Shown one piece after another: positions 9,181 through 20,500 of a DNA stretch of 31,132 bases. Below the pieces are notes generated by a model that saw only the letters and a program-made list of their open reading frames with translations, did no database searches and was not told the origin of the DNA. This stretch comes from a virus (Duplodnaviria; Caudoviricetes). The DNA lies in the IMG/VR virus record IMGVR_UViG_3300033415_000013, positions 1-31,132 of that record. One strand, written 5' to 3'. Numbering within the stretch: the first letter of the stretch is position 1; each line of letters starts with the position of its first letter. The translations under genes and the position numbers were made by a program.

Positions 9181-9681
9181 ATGAGTATCAAATCAAAGTC
9201 AACAGGCCCCAAAGGGGATCTCGATTCACGAAGGTGGGTCATCATCATCATTCGCAACATGGGGGCAGCAGAAGCTCAGTTCCCTCTTCCCGTCACCGTA
9301 AACACCCAGAGGATCTCCTTTGACCGTGACGAGCCCGTAGTAGCCCCGGCTTACTACATCAGCACCCTCTACAATACGATCCTGCCCAAGTACGAAGAAA
9401 TGAAGAACCCTGACCCTAACGGGGATCAGGCTCGCTTGGTTGAGATGCGTTACCCTGTGGAGATCATCGAGATCCCAGAGAAGTACCAAGGCATCGAGAC
9501 CATCATTGATTTCGTGAAGGCTGTGAACTCTAAGGAGTGCCCAATGGAGTTCTCGGATTTCCAAGGCAAACTTCGCCTTGGACAAATGAGCTTCAACAAG
9601 CATAATTACGACTGGGCTAAGGTAGTCCAAGACAAGAACAAACCAAAGAAGGCTCAAGGTGCCACAACTAACGCAGGCTGA
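9181..9681 (+). CDS. Hypothetical protein (166 aa)
   Basis: ATG at 9181 with AAGG upstream is preferred, because the track start at 9124 lies inside the terminator; phage-like codon usage. Confidence 0.7.
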   Translation: MSIKSKSTGPKGDLDSRRWVIIIIRNMGAAEAQFPLPVTVNTQRISFDRDEPVVAPAYYISTLYNTILPKYEEMKNPDPNGDQARLVEMRYPVEIIEIPEKYQGIETIIDFVKAVNSKECPMEFSDFQGKLRLGQMSFNKHNYDWAKVVQDKNKPKKAQGATTNAG

Positions 9682-11566
9682 GTTCAAAGGGATTGCCCCC
9701 AACAGGTCGGCATTCAGGGGGCAAGCTGCCCTCGCTGAGAATGTCGATCTGTCTGGAGGCGGTCTCAAGCCTGTTAAAGCCCCGAGCTTTGTTGAGGTAG
9801 GTCACAGTAAGGACTTCACCTTTCACAAGGGGAGGTGGTTCTCTGGAGACACCAACTACATCGATACCACCATTGAGGGTTTCCCGGCTCTCATCTGCAA
9901 GAGCGAGAACAACGAGTGGAGCGTTCGTGTAAACGGTGGTCCAATCAGAGACCTGTGGATCGACCAGCCTACAGGGTTCACCGTTGAGAGCTCCCAGATC
10001 CTACCGCCTTACACCCCGAAGATCTCTGTTGTCTCAGCAGGTTCAGTACCAGCAGGCACCTACGAATACTTCATCACCTTTGCTCAGATTGAAAACGATG
10101 TGGTGGTCAGGGAGTCTGTTGCTTGTGGAGCAGTGGAGCTAACTGTCACTGACCCGTCCAGAGTAAAGGTTGAAAGGCCAGCTCTTAGGTCAGCAGAGAT
10201 CCCAGACTTGGTGTGGAGGCTTTACCGAAGGCTGAAGGGAGGAACCTACGCAGCACTGGTTACTTCTGCCCCGGCTCTACAAGCAGCCCTCTACGATGAG
10301 AAGGCAGACTACGACCTCGGTGATGTGATCTACCCTGAGCAAAGAGCCACGGAGGTTGTCAAGTACAAGTACGTCATCGTGTGGGTTCGCAACATCAGCG
10401 GATGGATCTCAGAGAGCGTACCTTCTGACCTTCTCAGTGCCGATCAGGTAGCCGAAGGGGTGTCCATCAAGGTGCCTGAAGATGTGATCTTCCCAGATGA
10501 TGTCACTCACTGGAGGATCTACCGGATCTCGCTGGGGTTTGACCCTACCACTACCTTCCAGTTGGTAGCAGAGTTGGACCGAGGCACACGGGAGTACATC
10601 GACTACAGAGACAATGTGGAGCTAGGAGTAGCACTTCAATCCAGCTACCGTGCAGACAACGGAGCCTTGGTCTCGGCTGGGATTCCTGACGCAGCCTTTG
10701 AAGGAATGGCAGGCCCGTTCAATGGGTTCTATGTGGGGTGGATCGGGCGTTACCTCTACCTCAGCCAGCCCGGAAACCCCTCGTGGTGGCCGGGTGCCTT
10801 CGTCGTTGAGGCCAACTTCCCAATCGTAGCCGTGACTCAGACAGGTGGGAACATCGCTGTGCTTACCACTGGTGGGGTTCAGTTCGGCTACGGGGTTAGC
10901 CCTACAGCGTTTGCCTTAAGTCAAGCCATCTTCGGTCAGGGTGGGTCCAACCCCAAGGGAGCATCGAGCAACTTCTATCTGGGCTACGACGGGATTTACA
11001 CGGTCACGGAGGGCGGGGCTCAGCTTCTGTCTCAGGGATTCAACCGTGAATACTTCGACAGCATCAACGCCACCACGGGCACGATCATTCAGGAGAAGGA
11101 AAAGCTGTTCCTGTTCCATGGTGCCGGGGCTTTGGTGCTGGACTTCAGGACAAACGAGTGGACCACCTTATCTGAGCGAGAGCACAGCTTCACCTCTGTG
11201 ACAGTCATCGGAGGTGAGATCTATGGGCTCAAGAGTAACGGGGTCATCGTCAAGTTATTTGACAGTGGCGAAGACACCACGATGGACTACGAGGGGACAA
11301 CCGACTTTGGGGAGAGCTACATCAAGAAGATCGAATCGCTGAGGCTCTACGGGTCAGGTGATGTCAGGGTTGAGCTTCGAGCTATCGAGGACGAGGCTAC
11401 GATATTGACTGATGGCGAGGTTGACCTGAGTTCCACCTACGAGCAAGACCGAACCGTCTACGCCCCTGCGTGGCTCAATACTGAGGCACTCCGATTTAGA
11501 ATCACTGGCAAAGGTCAGGTTCGGAGTATAATGTTCGAGGTGGAAAAAGGGAGCACAGAGCGATAA
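9659..11566 (+). CDS. Tail nozzle / packaged-DNA stabilisation-type protein (635 aa)
   Basis: GTG start; N-terminal FKGIAP...ALAENVDLSGGGLKP, beta-propeller-like LYLSQPGNPSWWP and YLGYDGIY; lies before the ejection genes. Confidence 0.7.
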   Translation: MPQLTQAEFKGIAPNRSAFRGQAALAENVDLSGGGLKPVKAPSFVEVGHSKDFTFHKGRWFSGDTNYIDTTIEGFPALICKSENNEWSVRVNGGPIRDLWIDQPTGFTVESSQILPPYTPKISVVSAGSVPAGTYEYFITFAQIENDVVVRESVACGAVELTVTDPSRVKVERPALRSAEIPDLVWRLYRRLKGGTYAALVTSAPALQAALYDEKADYDLGDVIYPEQRATEVVKYKYVIVWVRNISGWISESVPSDLLSADQVAEGVSIKVPEDVIFPDDVTHWRIYRISLGFDPTTTFQLVAELDRGTREYIDYRDNVELGVALQSSYRADNGALVSAGIPDAAFEGMAGPFNGFYVGWIGRYLYLSQPGNPSWWPGAFVVEANFPIVAVTQTGGNIAVLTTGGVQFGYGVSPTAFALSQAIFGQGGSNPKGASSNFYLGYDGIYTVTEGGAQLLSQGFNREYFDSINATTGTIIQEKEKLFLFHGAGALVLDFRTNEWTTLSEREHSFTSVTVIGGEIYGLKSNGVIVKLFDSGEDTTMDYEGTTDFGESYIKKIESLRLYGSGDVRVELRAIEDEATILTDGEVDLSSTYEQDRTVYAPAWLNTEALRFRITGKGQVRSIMFEVEKGSTER

Positions 11567-12984
11567 TGGCATTCCCATTGGCAGCAGCATTAGGGATCGG
11601 GACAGCCGTAGGTGGCTTGGTCCAAGGTGTCATGGGCTCCAAGGATGCTAAGAGGCAGACGCAAGCCCAACAGCAGATGTACGATCAGCAGTATGCTCTC
11701 ATGCGAGAGCAGATGGACAACTTCAAGAAGTTGACTGCTGAGTACCCTAAACAGACGCAGGATTTCTTAGGGAAGATTGCTGCCACTTATGAGCAGTTGA
11801 ACTCGATGATTACCGAGGCTAAGGCCCAAGGTGACGAGCAGGCAGCAGCTATCTTCCAAGCTCAACGAGACTTGGTTGACACTCACCTTGACGCAGAGCT
11901 TGAAGCCATCGGAGCCAACAAGGAGCAGATCCTCAAGGCGATGAATGGCATGGCTGATGAAGCCGTGAAGATCGTTATGCAAGACGAAGATAGGCGAGAC
12001 GGTCTTCGTGCTGAGTACAAGAAGGAAGCAGACCTTGCAGTCGGGAACCTCCGCAAGATGGCCGAGGCTTCAGGTTCACGGATTGACACCATCCTCAAGA
12101 CCGGCATGGCTCCAGATGCAGCAGCCAAGCTATCACAGATCCGTCAAGGCGTGGCAGATCTTACCCGCAAGACGGCTGAGGTAGAAGCTGCAAGAGGTAA
12201 AGGTGGAGCAGCTTCCCGTACCACAGCCACAGAGCTTGAAGGCTTGAAGGTTCTGGGCGAGGCTACTGCTAACCTGCGAGCTCAAGCCGCAGGTGAGCTG
12301 GCTCAAGCTGGCAACCAACAAGCTCAGCTCCAAGGCGCAGCAAACCAGCGGATGCTGGGCCTTCAGCCTACCCGTGGAGCAGCGGAGTTAGCTGCAAGGG
12401 CACCGTACCAACAGCTCGCAGCAGCTCAGACGATTCAAGCAGGGGAGCAGGGCTTAACTGCCATGGGCAATGCTGCTGCAAGGACCAGATCTCTTACTGG
12501 TGCCGAAGGTGAGTCTTCGATGGCACGGGAACAGCAATACTCCAGAGACAGGATGAGTTTGGTATCTGGTCAAAACGCTGCTGAGATGGGTGCCAAGGAG
12601 CGTGAGCAAGATATGATCTCCGCTGCCACTGCACAGACAGCAACTCAAGCTCGTTCGATGGCAGACATCATGGGCGTACAGGCACAGAACTACGCTAATA
12701 TGGCCAAGGAATCTTCCGCTGCTGCGATGCAAGGCTTCAGCCTAGCTGCCCGTACCGGGGCTGGAATGGCAGCAGGCTACGGTCAGACTGGTACTTGGGC
12801 TGGTGCAGGGCAAGGTGGTATCTACGGTGGCTTCGGGATAGGATCGTTGCCTAACGCACCTAAGGCCACAGGAAACCCTAACGCTTTCATGCAACAAGAA
12901 GGCTACCCTTCACCTTTTGTCAACCAAACGGCAGCGGGTGCTAGTGGGTACGGACCTCAGCTTTACGGGCCAATGAAACCATGA
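11566..12984 (+). CDS. Putative ejection (internal virion / DNA transfer) protein (472 aa)
   Basis: Hydrophobic Gly/Ala N-terminus (MAFPLAAALGIGTAVGGLVQGVMGS), A/Q/M-rich helical body, Gly-rich tail; position after nozzle. Confidence 0.7.
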   Translation: MAFPLAAALGIGTAVGGLVQGVMGSKDAKRQTQAQQQMYDQQYALMREQMDNFKKLTAEYPKQTQDFLGKIAATYEQLNSMITEAKAQGDEQAAAIFQAQRDLVDTHLDAELEAIGANKEQILKAMNGMADEAVKIVMQDEDRRDGLRAEYKKEADLAVGNLRKMAEASGSRIDTILKTGMAPDAAAKLSQIRQGVADLTRKTAEVEAARGKGGAASRTTATELEGLKVLGEATANLRAQAAGELAQAGNQQAQLQGAANQRMLGLQPTRGAAELAARAPYQQLAAAQTIQAGEQGLTAMGNAAARTRSLTGAEGESSMAREQQYSRDRMSLVSGQNAAEMGAKEREQDMISAATAQTATQARSMADIMGVQAQNYANMAKESSAAAMQGFSLAARTGAGMAAGYGQTGTWAGAGQGGIYGGFGIGSLPNAPKATGNPNAFMQQEGYPSPFVNQTAAGASGYGPQLYGPMKP

Positions 12985-14507
12985 GTTCACTTTTCTTAGA
13001 CGCAATGGGCGGGCTCACACAGGGCCTTACGCAATTCGGTGAGCTGCAACGGGCTGACACTGACCGTAAGGAAAAGGCTCGTCAGCAAGCGGTAGCCGAG
13101 GCTGCTGATGCGGAGAAGCTCAACCTTGAGAAACGCAGGACTAGGACTGCTGAGGATATTGCCGGGGAGAATATCTTAGCGAGTCAGCAAAACCGTACTC
13201 AGAGTGGTGAGAAGTTTGGGCAAGAGAAAAAAGGTTGGACGCTTCAAGACATACAGCAAGAGGTGCTGATTAAGGAGCTAGAGATCAGAAAGATGAGTGT
13301 GGAGCAACAGCAAGAGTTCTACAAGACCCCAGAAGGTCAGGCTCATCTGAAACAGATACGAGGCAATGAAGTTAAATCTGCTAAAGTTACGGGCTTAAAA
13401 CTCGATGCAGAGGATACGCAGATCACAGAGACCGCAGAGGTTGCTAAGCTCACAAAAGACAATCGGGTGAAGGCTATGGTAGTTAACGCAGCGGATGCTG
13501 CTGGGATTTGGGAGGGTTTTGTGGTTAGAGTAGGTGAGAATTCAGATCTGGTAAAACAGTACAAGAAAGACGGCTTTGATGTTTACCTTAAAAACTTGGA
13601 GGCAGCCACTAAGATGATGCCTGCTCTCGTCGGGGCTGCTGGAGGTACACGACGCACATCTTCTAGTCTCACAGGAACTGAACAGTCTTCAACATACGGG
13701 CCTTCAGAATCAGAAGTGAATAAGCGACTTGACATTCTTGATAAGATGGGCAAAACAGCAAAAGATACAGTCGCAACATTGCAGGAGGCTGCGGAGAAAA
13801 ACCCCGAGCTGTTAAAAACTCCAGCTTTTAAAACTGCATATGATAACGCTGTTTTTACATTGAAGGCATATGGAGAAAAGTCTTTGGAATTTATCAACAA
13901 AGGGGACTTCACTGCTGCCAAGAGCACAGCAGATGAGGGTGAAGCTAAAGTATCCACCAGCTTAGCTCTGCTCAATCAGATGCACAAGAGCCATGTGGCA
14001 ACTCAAGCTGGGTATGCCAGTGATGATGCTGTGGTTGTAGAATCTTTCGGACCTCATAAGCCAACAAACTTAGGAGGAGGTTTGGACTATGACGGTAAGC
14101 CTGTTCAAGAATCTAAAATCACAGCACCTTCTACCACAAACCCTACCCCAATTCCTAAACCTCTTGATGCTGAGGTTGCACCTAAACCTCAACAAACCTA
14201 CGGTAAAGATTTTGGGTATGGGTCAAAAGGAAAAACCAACAGGGAGCTGAAGTTAGAAGATTACCGAAAAGAGCAAAAGAGGAACAGTGATTCCTTGGCT
14301 GTACAAAATAAGCAGCAAGAAAACCAGAAGGTAAGTGATTCGGTGGAGATGGAGCTAGACGACCTAAATGTCACCGATGACATGGTTAGGTCAAGGATCA
14401 TAAAGACTATCGCAGAGGAAATCAAAGGAGGTCTCCTTAAACCAGATGAGAAATCTATAGCTAAAAGATCTAAAGAACTTTCGCAAAGGATTAACCTTTC
14501 TAGGTAG
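12981..14507 (+). CDS. Putative second ejection protein (508 aa)
   Basis: ATGA overlap; N-terminal AMGGLTQGLTQF then charged coiled coil; lies between first ejection gene and giant gene. Confidence 0.6.
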   Translation: MSSLFLDAMGGLTQGLTQFGELQRADTDRKEKARQQAVAEAADAEKLNLEKRRTRTAEDIAGENILASQQNRTQSGEKFGQEKKGWTLQDIQQEVLIKELEIRKMSVEQQQEFYKTPEGQAHLKQIRGNEVKSAKVTGLKLDAEDTQITETAEVAKLTKDNRVKAMVVNAADAAGIWEGFVVRVGENSDLVKQYKKDGFDVYLKNLEAATKMMPALVGAAGGTRRTSSSLTGTEQSSTYGPSESEVNKRLDILDKMGKTAKDTVATLQEAAEKNPELLKTPAFKTAYDNAVFTLKAYGEKSLEFINKGDFTAAKSTADEGEAKVSTSLALLNQMHKSHVATQAGYASDDAVVVESFGPHKPTNLGGGLDYDGKPVQESKITAPSTTNPTPIPKPLDAEVAPKPQQTYGKDFGYGSKGKTNRELKLEDYRKEQKRNSDSLAVQNKQQENQKVSDSVEMELDDLNVTDDMVRSRIIKTIAEEIKGGLLKPDEKSIAKRSKELSQRINLSR

Positions 14508-14534
14508 TGACAAATCCAACCTACCGTGTATTAT
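14507..14534 (+). promoter_or_regulatory. Possible sigma70-like promoter
   Basis: GTGACA (14507-14512), 16-nt spacer, TATTAT (14529-14534); each box is 5/6 consensus; lies in a 53-nt gap before the giant gene. Confidence 0.35.
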
Positions 14535-14560
14535 CCTCTCCGGTGAGGAATTAAAAGACA

Positions 14561-17500
14561 ATGGCAAATTTCACAGACGCACTCATTTACGCTCAGCAAA
14601 AGGGCGTACCCCACTTGGCGAAGGATTTTTACCAACGTCGTCAGTTTGCAGAGGCACAAGAGAGTGGGATGCTCCTTGATGAGATCTCGCCTATTGTAAG
14701 CAACATACTGGCAACCCATATATCACAGCCGGGGGACTTCTCTAAAAGCGTGAAGATGTTCACCAAGGATATTTTTTCTTTAGGTGCTGGGGATGGGGGT
14801 GCTACAGAGCAACTCAGGGCTTCAACCAACTTCGACATAAAGCAGCTCATGAAGACCTCTACCGGGGTGAGCCAACTTGAAGCTGTCATGAAACCCTCGG
14901 ATGCCTTGGCTGGAGGGGTTAATGAAGAAGAACAAGACGGCTTCATCTGGGGTAACATCAAGCGAGGCTTCGAGAACAACCTTGGCATGGCAAAGCTCAT
15001 GTCAGGGATGCTTGCCAGTGGGGTAGGTGTTGACAGCTTAGGTGAGGCTCTCGAGGCTTCAGCTCAAAACAACTTCGCTCAGGCTGAGAAGTTTGCCAAG
15101 TCTGAGAGCTTCGATGAAGACCCGCTATCGTGGGCAGGGCAGGTTATCCTTGAAGGTGTACCTGACATCGCTATGACTCTGCTCAGTGCTGGTACTGCTG
15201 GCCTTGCTGTAGGTGGTGCCAAGATGCTTGGCGGTAACGCTGCCAAGAAAGCCGTAAGAGAGGGCCTTGAGGCTTCTCTCAAGAAGGGCCTTGTTGGTGA
15301 GGGCGCAGAAGCGGTCGCCAAGGCTACGGTCAAAGATGAAGTCGTGGATGCAGTCACGAGCGTAGGTCTCAAAGATGCGTTCATGGCCAAGGGGCGTAAA
15401 GCCTATGTTGACAACGTGCTCAAGGTAGCCAAGAAATCAGGTGCAGAGTTTGACGAAGACATGCTCAAGGACTTCGTGCTCAAGGGTGCAAGGTCTAGGG
15501 CCTTGACATCTTCCAGCACTGCTGCCATGGCAGGAGGTTTTACTTGGGGAGCTCTTACCACAGACGGAGACATCGCAAAGGATCTCTACGACGAGGCAGC
15601 TAATCTCAGGCAGGCCCGAGTAGAGCAACTGCTTCAGAGCATTCCAGCCGAGCGTAGAACCGAGGCTCAGTTAGCCAAGGCCAACGAGCAGGCCAAGAAA
15701 GAGATCTCCGACCCTACCCTAGGTGACATGGGGGTAGCAGCACTGGTTGCGCCTCTTACTGACTCCATCGTGCCCTACATGGTAGGCAAGCAGCTTGGTA
15801 TCTTCAAAGGGAGCAAGGTGTCTACCGTGCTTCGTGAGATGGGCAAGACTGATGCTGGGAAGAAGATGCTCAGGAGCTTACCTGCTGCCGTTGCCCGAGG
15901 TGCCATACCTGAAGGTTTTACTGAGATGGCTCAAGGTGCCATGGCAGAGTCTGCCAAGTACGACTTCATCAAGCAGTATGAGACTCAGGGTTTGACCAAA
16001 GAACAGGCAATGAGCTGGGCTTACTACATGCTACGGCCTGAAGCTAAGGCTAGGTATCTGACAGAGTTTGCCGGTGGTGCCCTTATGGGTGGCGTACTCG
16101 GTGGGATTGCCAGTAAGTTTGAGAAGGCACCTGCTGCTGAAGGTGAGCCTGAAGCTCCTGCGGTAGTCACACCTGAAGAAGCAGCCTTCCTTGCCGACCC
16201 GAACAACTGGATCGACAACATCAACCAGATCTTCGGTGAAGGTGAAAAGCCTGCGTGGTCAGAGAAAGCTCAGGAAATGGCAACCAAAGGCGCAGCCATT
16301 AAGACCGAGCGTGACGAGCAGATGAAGCCAACCGAAGCCCAGCAAGGGGCAATCGCTGCCCTTGAAGCAGACAGGAAGAAGATCGAGACCAAGAAAGGAA
16401 AGAAGTACACCGAGGAAAAACGGGCTGAGGATCTGGCTGCAATAGACCAGAAGATCGAGAGCGAGAAGACCAAGATCGCTGGTGCCAATGACAAGCTACT
16501 TCAACTGCAAGCAGCCGAGATTGACCTTGAAGCTCAAGTTGCAGAAGAAACCCTCCCAGAAGCTAAGAAGATTCTCCAAACAAAACTTGACGCTACCAAG
16601 AATGCAATAGCTATCGAGAAGATCAAGCGTATTGAGCTCGACAGAACAGAAGGTTATTTCGAGCCACTCAAACCTTTGATGGAGAAGATCAAGAAGACAA
16701 AGGAAAGAACTGATCTCACCGAAGAAGAGAAGACTGGACTTGTAAACGCTTACACAGGCGAGTTAAAGACAAAGATCGCAGGTCTTGACACTGAGATGGC
16801 TATGAAGGAGACAGCTAAGAAAGAGGCTGACAGGGTAGATGATCTGAACAACAGAAAAGATTTCTTGGAGCCAGAAGAGTCTGTAGAGTTGCAGTTCTAC
16901 AATTTCAAATCTAAGCCGGGGATTACACCTAGCACCGCTGCACTACTGGCATTTGAAAGCTCCCCAGAGAACACACCTGAGTTTATCTTCAAGCAAATTA
17001 GCGAAGCAGATCTGACCGCTGCCACGAAGGAAGGTGGTAAAATCACACCAGAAAAGGTTCAGGCAATCCGTGAGAAGTTCGCCCCTCCTGCTGAAACTGA
17101 GACTCTGACACAAGAAGAAAAAGACCGAATGCTTATAGATAAAGCTATGGGTCCGGGGGCATACGACAAGATGATCCCTGAAGCAAGAGCTGAAAAACTT
17201 GCTGAGATTAGGGCCAACATACAAGGTTCTATAGATGCCACTAAGACTGCACCTGAAGCACCCAAGGCTACGACTGATGCTTACACTGACTACCTCACCT
17301 TAACTGATGATGGGATGTCTGAGTCTGAGGCTGCATCTCAGGTCTTCGCACAGTACGGAGAAGACACGCCCCAAGATGTCATCGACACCATGAGTGACGA
17401 TGACTTAAACAAGGTTGCGAAGGAGTACCCTGAGACCTTTGATGCAGTCAGTAAGGTTAGACGAGCACGGGTAGCCAAGACTAGGTTTACACCGAAGACG

Positions 17501-20500
17501 AAGGTTGGAGGTGCAGGCGTAGCTACGCCAGAGGCACCCAAGCGGAACACGAAATCCCCACAGGAGATCTGGAACAGTGGTGGGCTCATTACCAAGGACG
17601 GCAAAGAGATAAAGAATGTCTCCGTGTCAAGGGCAGAGCTTAGGAAACTGGCAAAAGAATCAGGAGGTGACGGTCAAGGTCACGCTGGTGAATACCTCGC
17701 CAAGTTCGGTGAGGACTGGGAGAACGCACCTGAAATCTGGGCACAGTACCAGAGTGACCTAAAAGCCCTAGAAGACTTCGAGGCTGGCAGGAAGGTTGTT
17801 GAGCTACCGAAAGCTGAGAGAGCTACAGCTACTGAGACTCAGATAACGCAGGAAGAACCTGATGAGGTTGCAAGCGACCGAGGTACAGCAGAGGCTAAGC
17901 GACGAGCACAGAAGGCAGCGGATGAAAGAGCTACTGCTGAGGCTGAGGAGGTAGTAAAACTCCTAGATACTCTCATGGTGGCGAGTAGCAGCACCATGTA
18001 CACCCCAGACGAAACCATGAAGGCTAAGGAGAACTTCATCAATGCACTGAAGAAACTTGGCTTCAGGAATCGCATTGCTACCAACCTTCAACCTAACGAG
18101 ATTCTGCAAGCACTCGTAGAGAAAGATGTGCTAGAAGTCAGCAACGCTCAGATCAGCTTCTTGGCAAATATGATTGAGAATCAAGAGGGCGAAGGTGCTC
18201 AATTTGCTCGACCCGTAGGCGACCAGCAGGTATCAAAGGGTACGACTATCGAGGCCCTGAAGACTTGGCTCGATGGCAATAAACCTGCCTTCCTAGCCAA
18301 TGCTAAGGTTGAGGTAGTCACGACAGATAAGTTCCCTGACGGTGGCAAGGATTGGCAAGGGGCGTACAGCAACGGGACAATCTACATCAACGCTGACACC
18401 ATGACTGAAGCCGAGATGAAGAAGATTCTTTTCCACGAATCTCTTGGTCACGCTGTAGCCCGAACCATTCTTGGTAAGGACTACGACGGAGCCATGAAGA
18501 CTATCATCAGCGAGATGAAGAAAGTGCTGGTTGGTGGTAAGGATGTGATGATTGGTGACACGAGCCTGAAGGCCCTGCTCAAGACCTACGAAGACAAGCT
18601 CTACAAGAACGGTGAGATCGACCCACTGGTAGCCGAGGAAGTCTGGGCTAAGTACATCGAGGCCCATGTAGAAGGCAAGCTCAAGAACAGGAACTTGTTC
18701 TTCAGAATCCTTGAGAAGCTCCGTGAAATGTTCCGACAGTTCAGAGGGAATGAGGTAAGCAGGCTCAGTACCGTTGAGGCATTGGCAGCCCGTGCGGTTA
18801 GACTGGCTGAGCTGAATGCACTGGACATGACCAGCATTATGAGCCCAGAAGTAAGAGCTGCCAATTTCCAGAAGTGGTTTGATGGGAGTAAGGTTGTAGG
18901 AGAAGACGGTAAGCCTTTGGTTATGTACCATGGAACGGTTTCAAACTTTACAGAAACTGACGGTACAGCTATGTGGGGAACACCAAGCATTGAACACGCA
19001 GAAATGTACTCTGGGGGTAACGCTACCTCGTATGGGAGCATAGGAGAAAACATTATGCCGATATATCTGAGCATAAAGAAACCCTTCGATGCAGACTCAC
19101 TGCCCAAGCAAACAACTGTGAGTGAGTTTGCAAACGAATTGGCTAAACAGGGCTCCACTGACTTAGACAAAAAGAAGATGCTCGCAAACATTCGCAAGCT
19201 GAGGTCGATGGACTTGAATAAGAAGGATAATCCTAAGCATGGTATCCTAGACTTTTGGTACAAGACAGAGCAGTTCTTTGGCCCTGAAGGTTGGGATGTA
19301 ATCAAAGAGATGATTAAGGACGCAGGCTTTGATGGTATAAAACTCACTGAGCTGAAGAACACCACCTACGCTGCTCTTGACTCTAACCAAGTGAAATCTG
19401 CCACAGGTAACAACGGAGAGTTTGACCCAGCCAACCCAGACATCAGGTACGCCCGTAAGGTAAACCCAGAAGACCCTAAACTAACGAAGCAAAGAGGAGA
19501 ACGCATCTACAACAAGGATGTCCAAGACGGGGTACGGCTATTCACGATAGCGGTTCCGAAGATGCTGGAAACCCAGGTCGCTTATATGAAGGACGCTTTC
19601 AAGCGGGATGACCTGAATATCGTAGACAGGTTCCTGCAAGCGAAGCAATGGGCCTACGAGAAGGCGGAGCAACTAGGGATACCTGAGCTCAAGCAGATGT
19701 TCAAGGTGGCTGTGGACGCATCGGACCGCAGGAGGGAGATCAACAACACCCTGAGCGTTATGGCTAGGCCATTCATTACAGCCAGCAGGGAAGACCAAAA
19801 CGCTGTAGGTAAAGTCATCACCCAAGGTGACATCGAAGGCAAGACCTACACTAATGCTGCCGAAGCTAAGCTAACAGAGCAACAGTTCAAGCAGTACCAA
19901 GCCATCCGCAAGACCCTTGACGAGTCCAGAAACATTCAGGTTGAAGGGATTCAGAAGGTGGTGGACCTGCTCAAGTCAAAGATCGCCAACCAAGAAGCTG
20001 CCAACCCCAACATCACCAAGCAGATCAAAGAGCTTACGGCTACCATTGGTGCCCTTAAATCCATCAAGGGATTCTTCCCACGGGTAAGGCCCGAGGGGGC
20101 AGAGTACCAAGTCACCTACATCGAGAACGGTAAGTTGCACTCGGTACTGGTAGAGGGTAAAGGAGAAGCAGGAAGGGCAGCAGCCAAACGATTGATGAAC
20201 GAGCTTGAAGCCCGTGGCATCAAGGATGTGGGTGAAGGCAAGAAGGAAGGCGACCTCACTGACAAGACCTACCTGACCCGTGGCGTAGACCTGAAGTTCT
20301 GGGAAGCCGACGACATGACCACAAGGGACATCGCAGACATCTCCTCGATCCTTGGTTCTGTGCTCAGGGGCGAAGACGGCAAGCTGCCACCCGGATACGA
20401 CGAGATGATTAAGAGCTTGTTCTTCTCCAAAGGATTCCAGAAGCACTATCTAAGACGGACTAAGGTTAGCTTAGGTGACGCTGCTAGGGGTAGCTCACTG

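Noticed and set aside
18293-19365. Antisense ORFs of 212 and 254 aa within the giant gene
   Set aside because: The + strand carries clear zincin and ART motifs here; the antisense products have no motifs.
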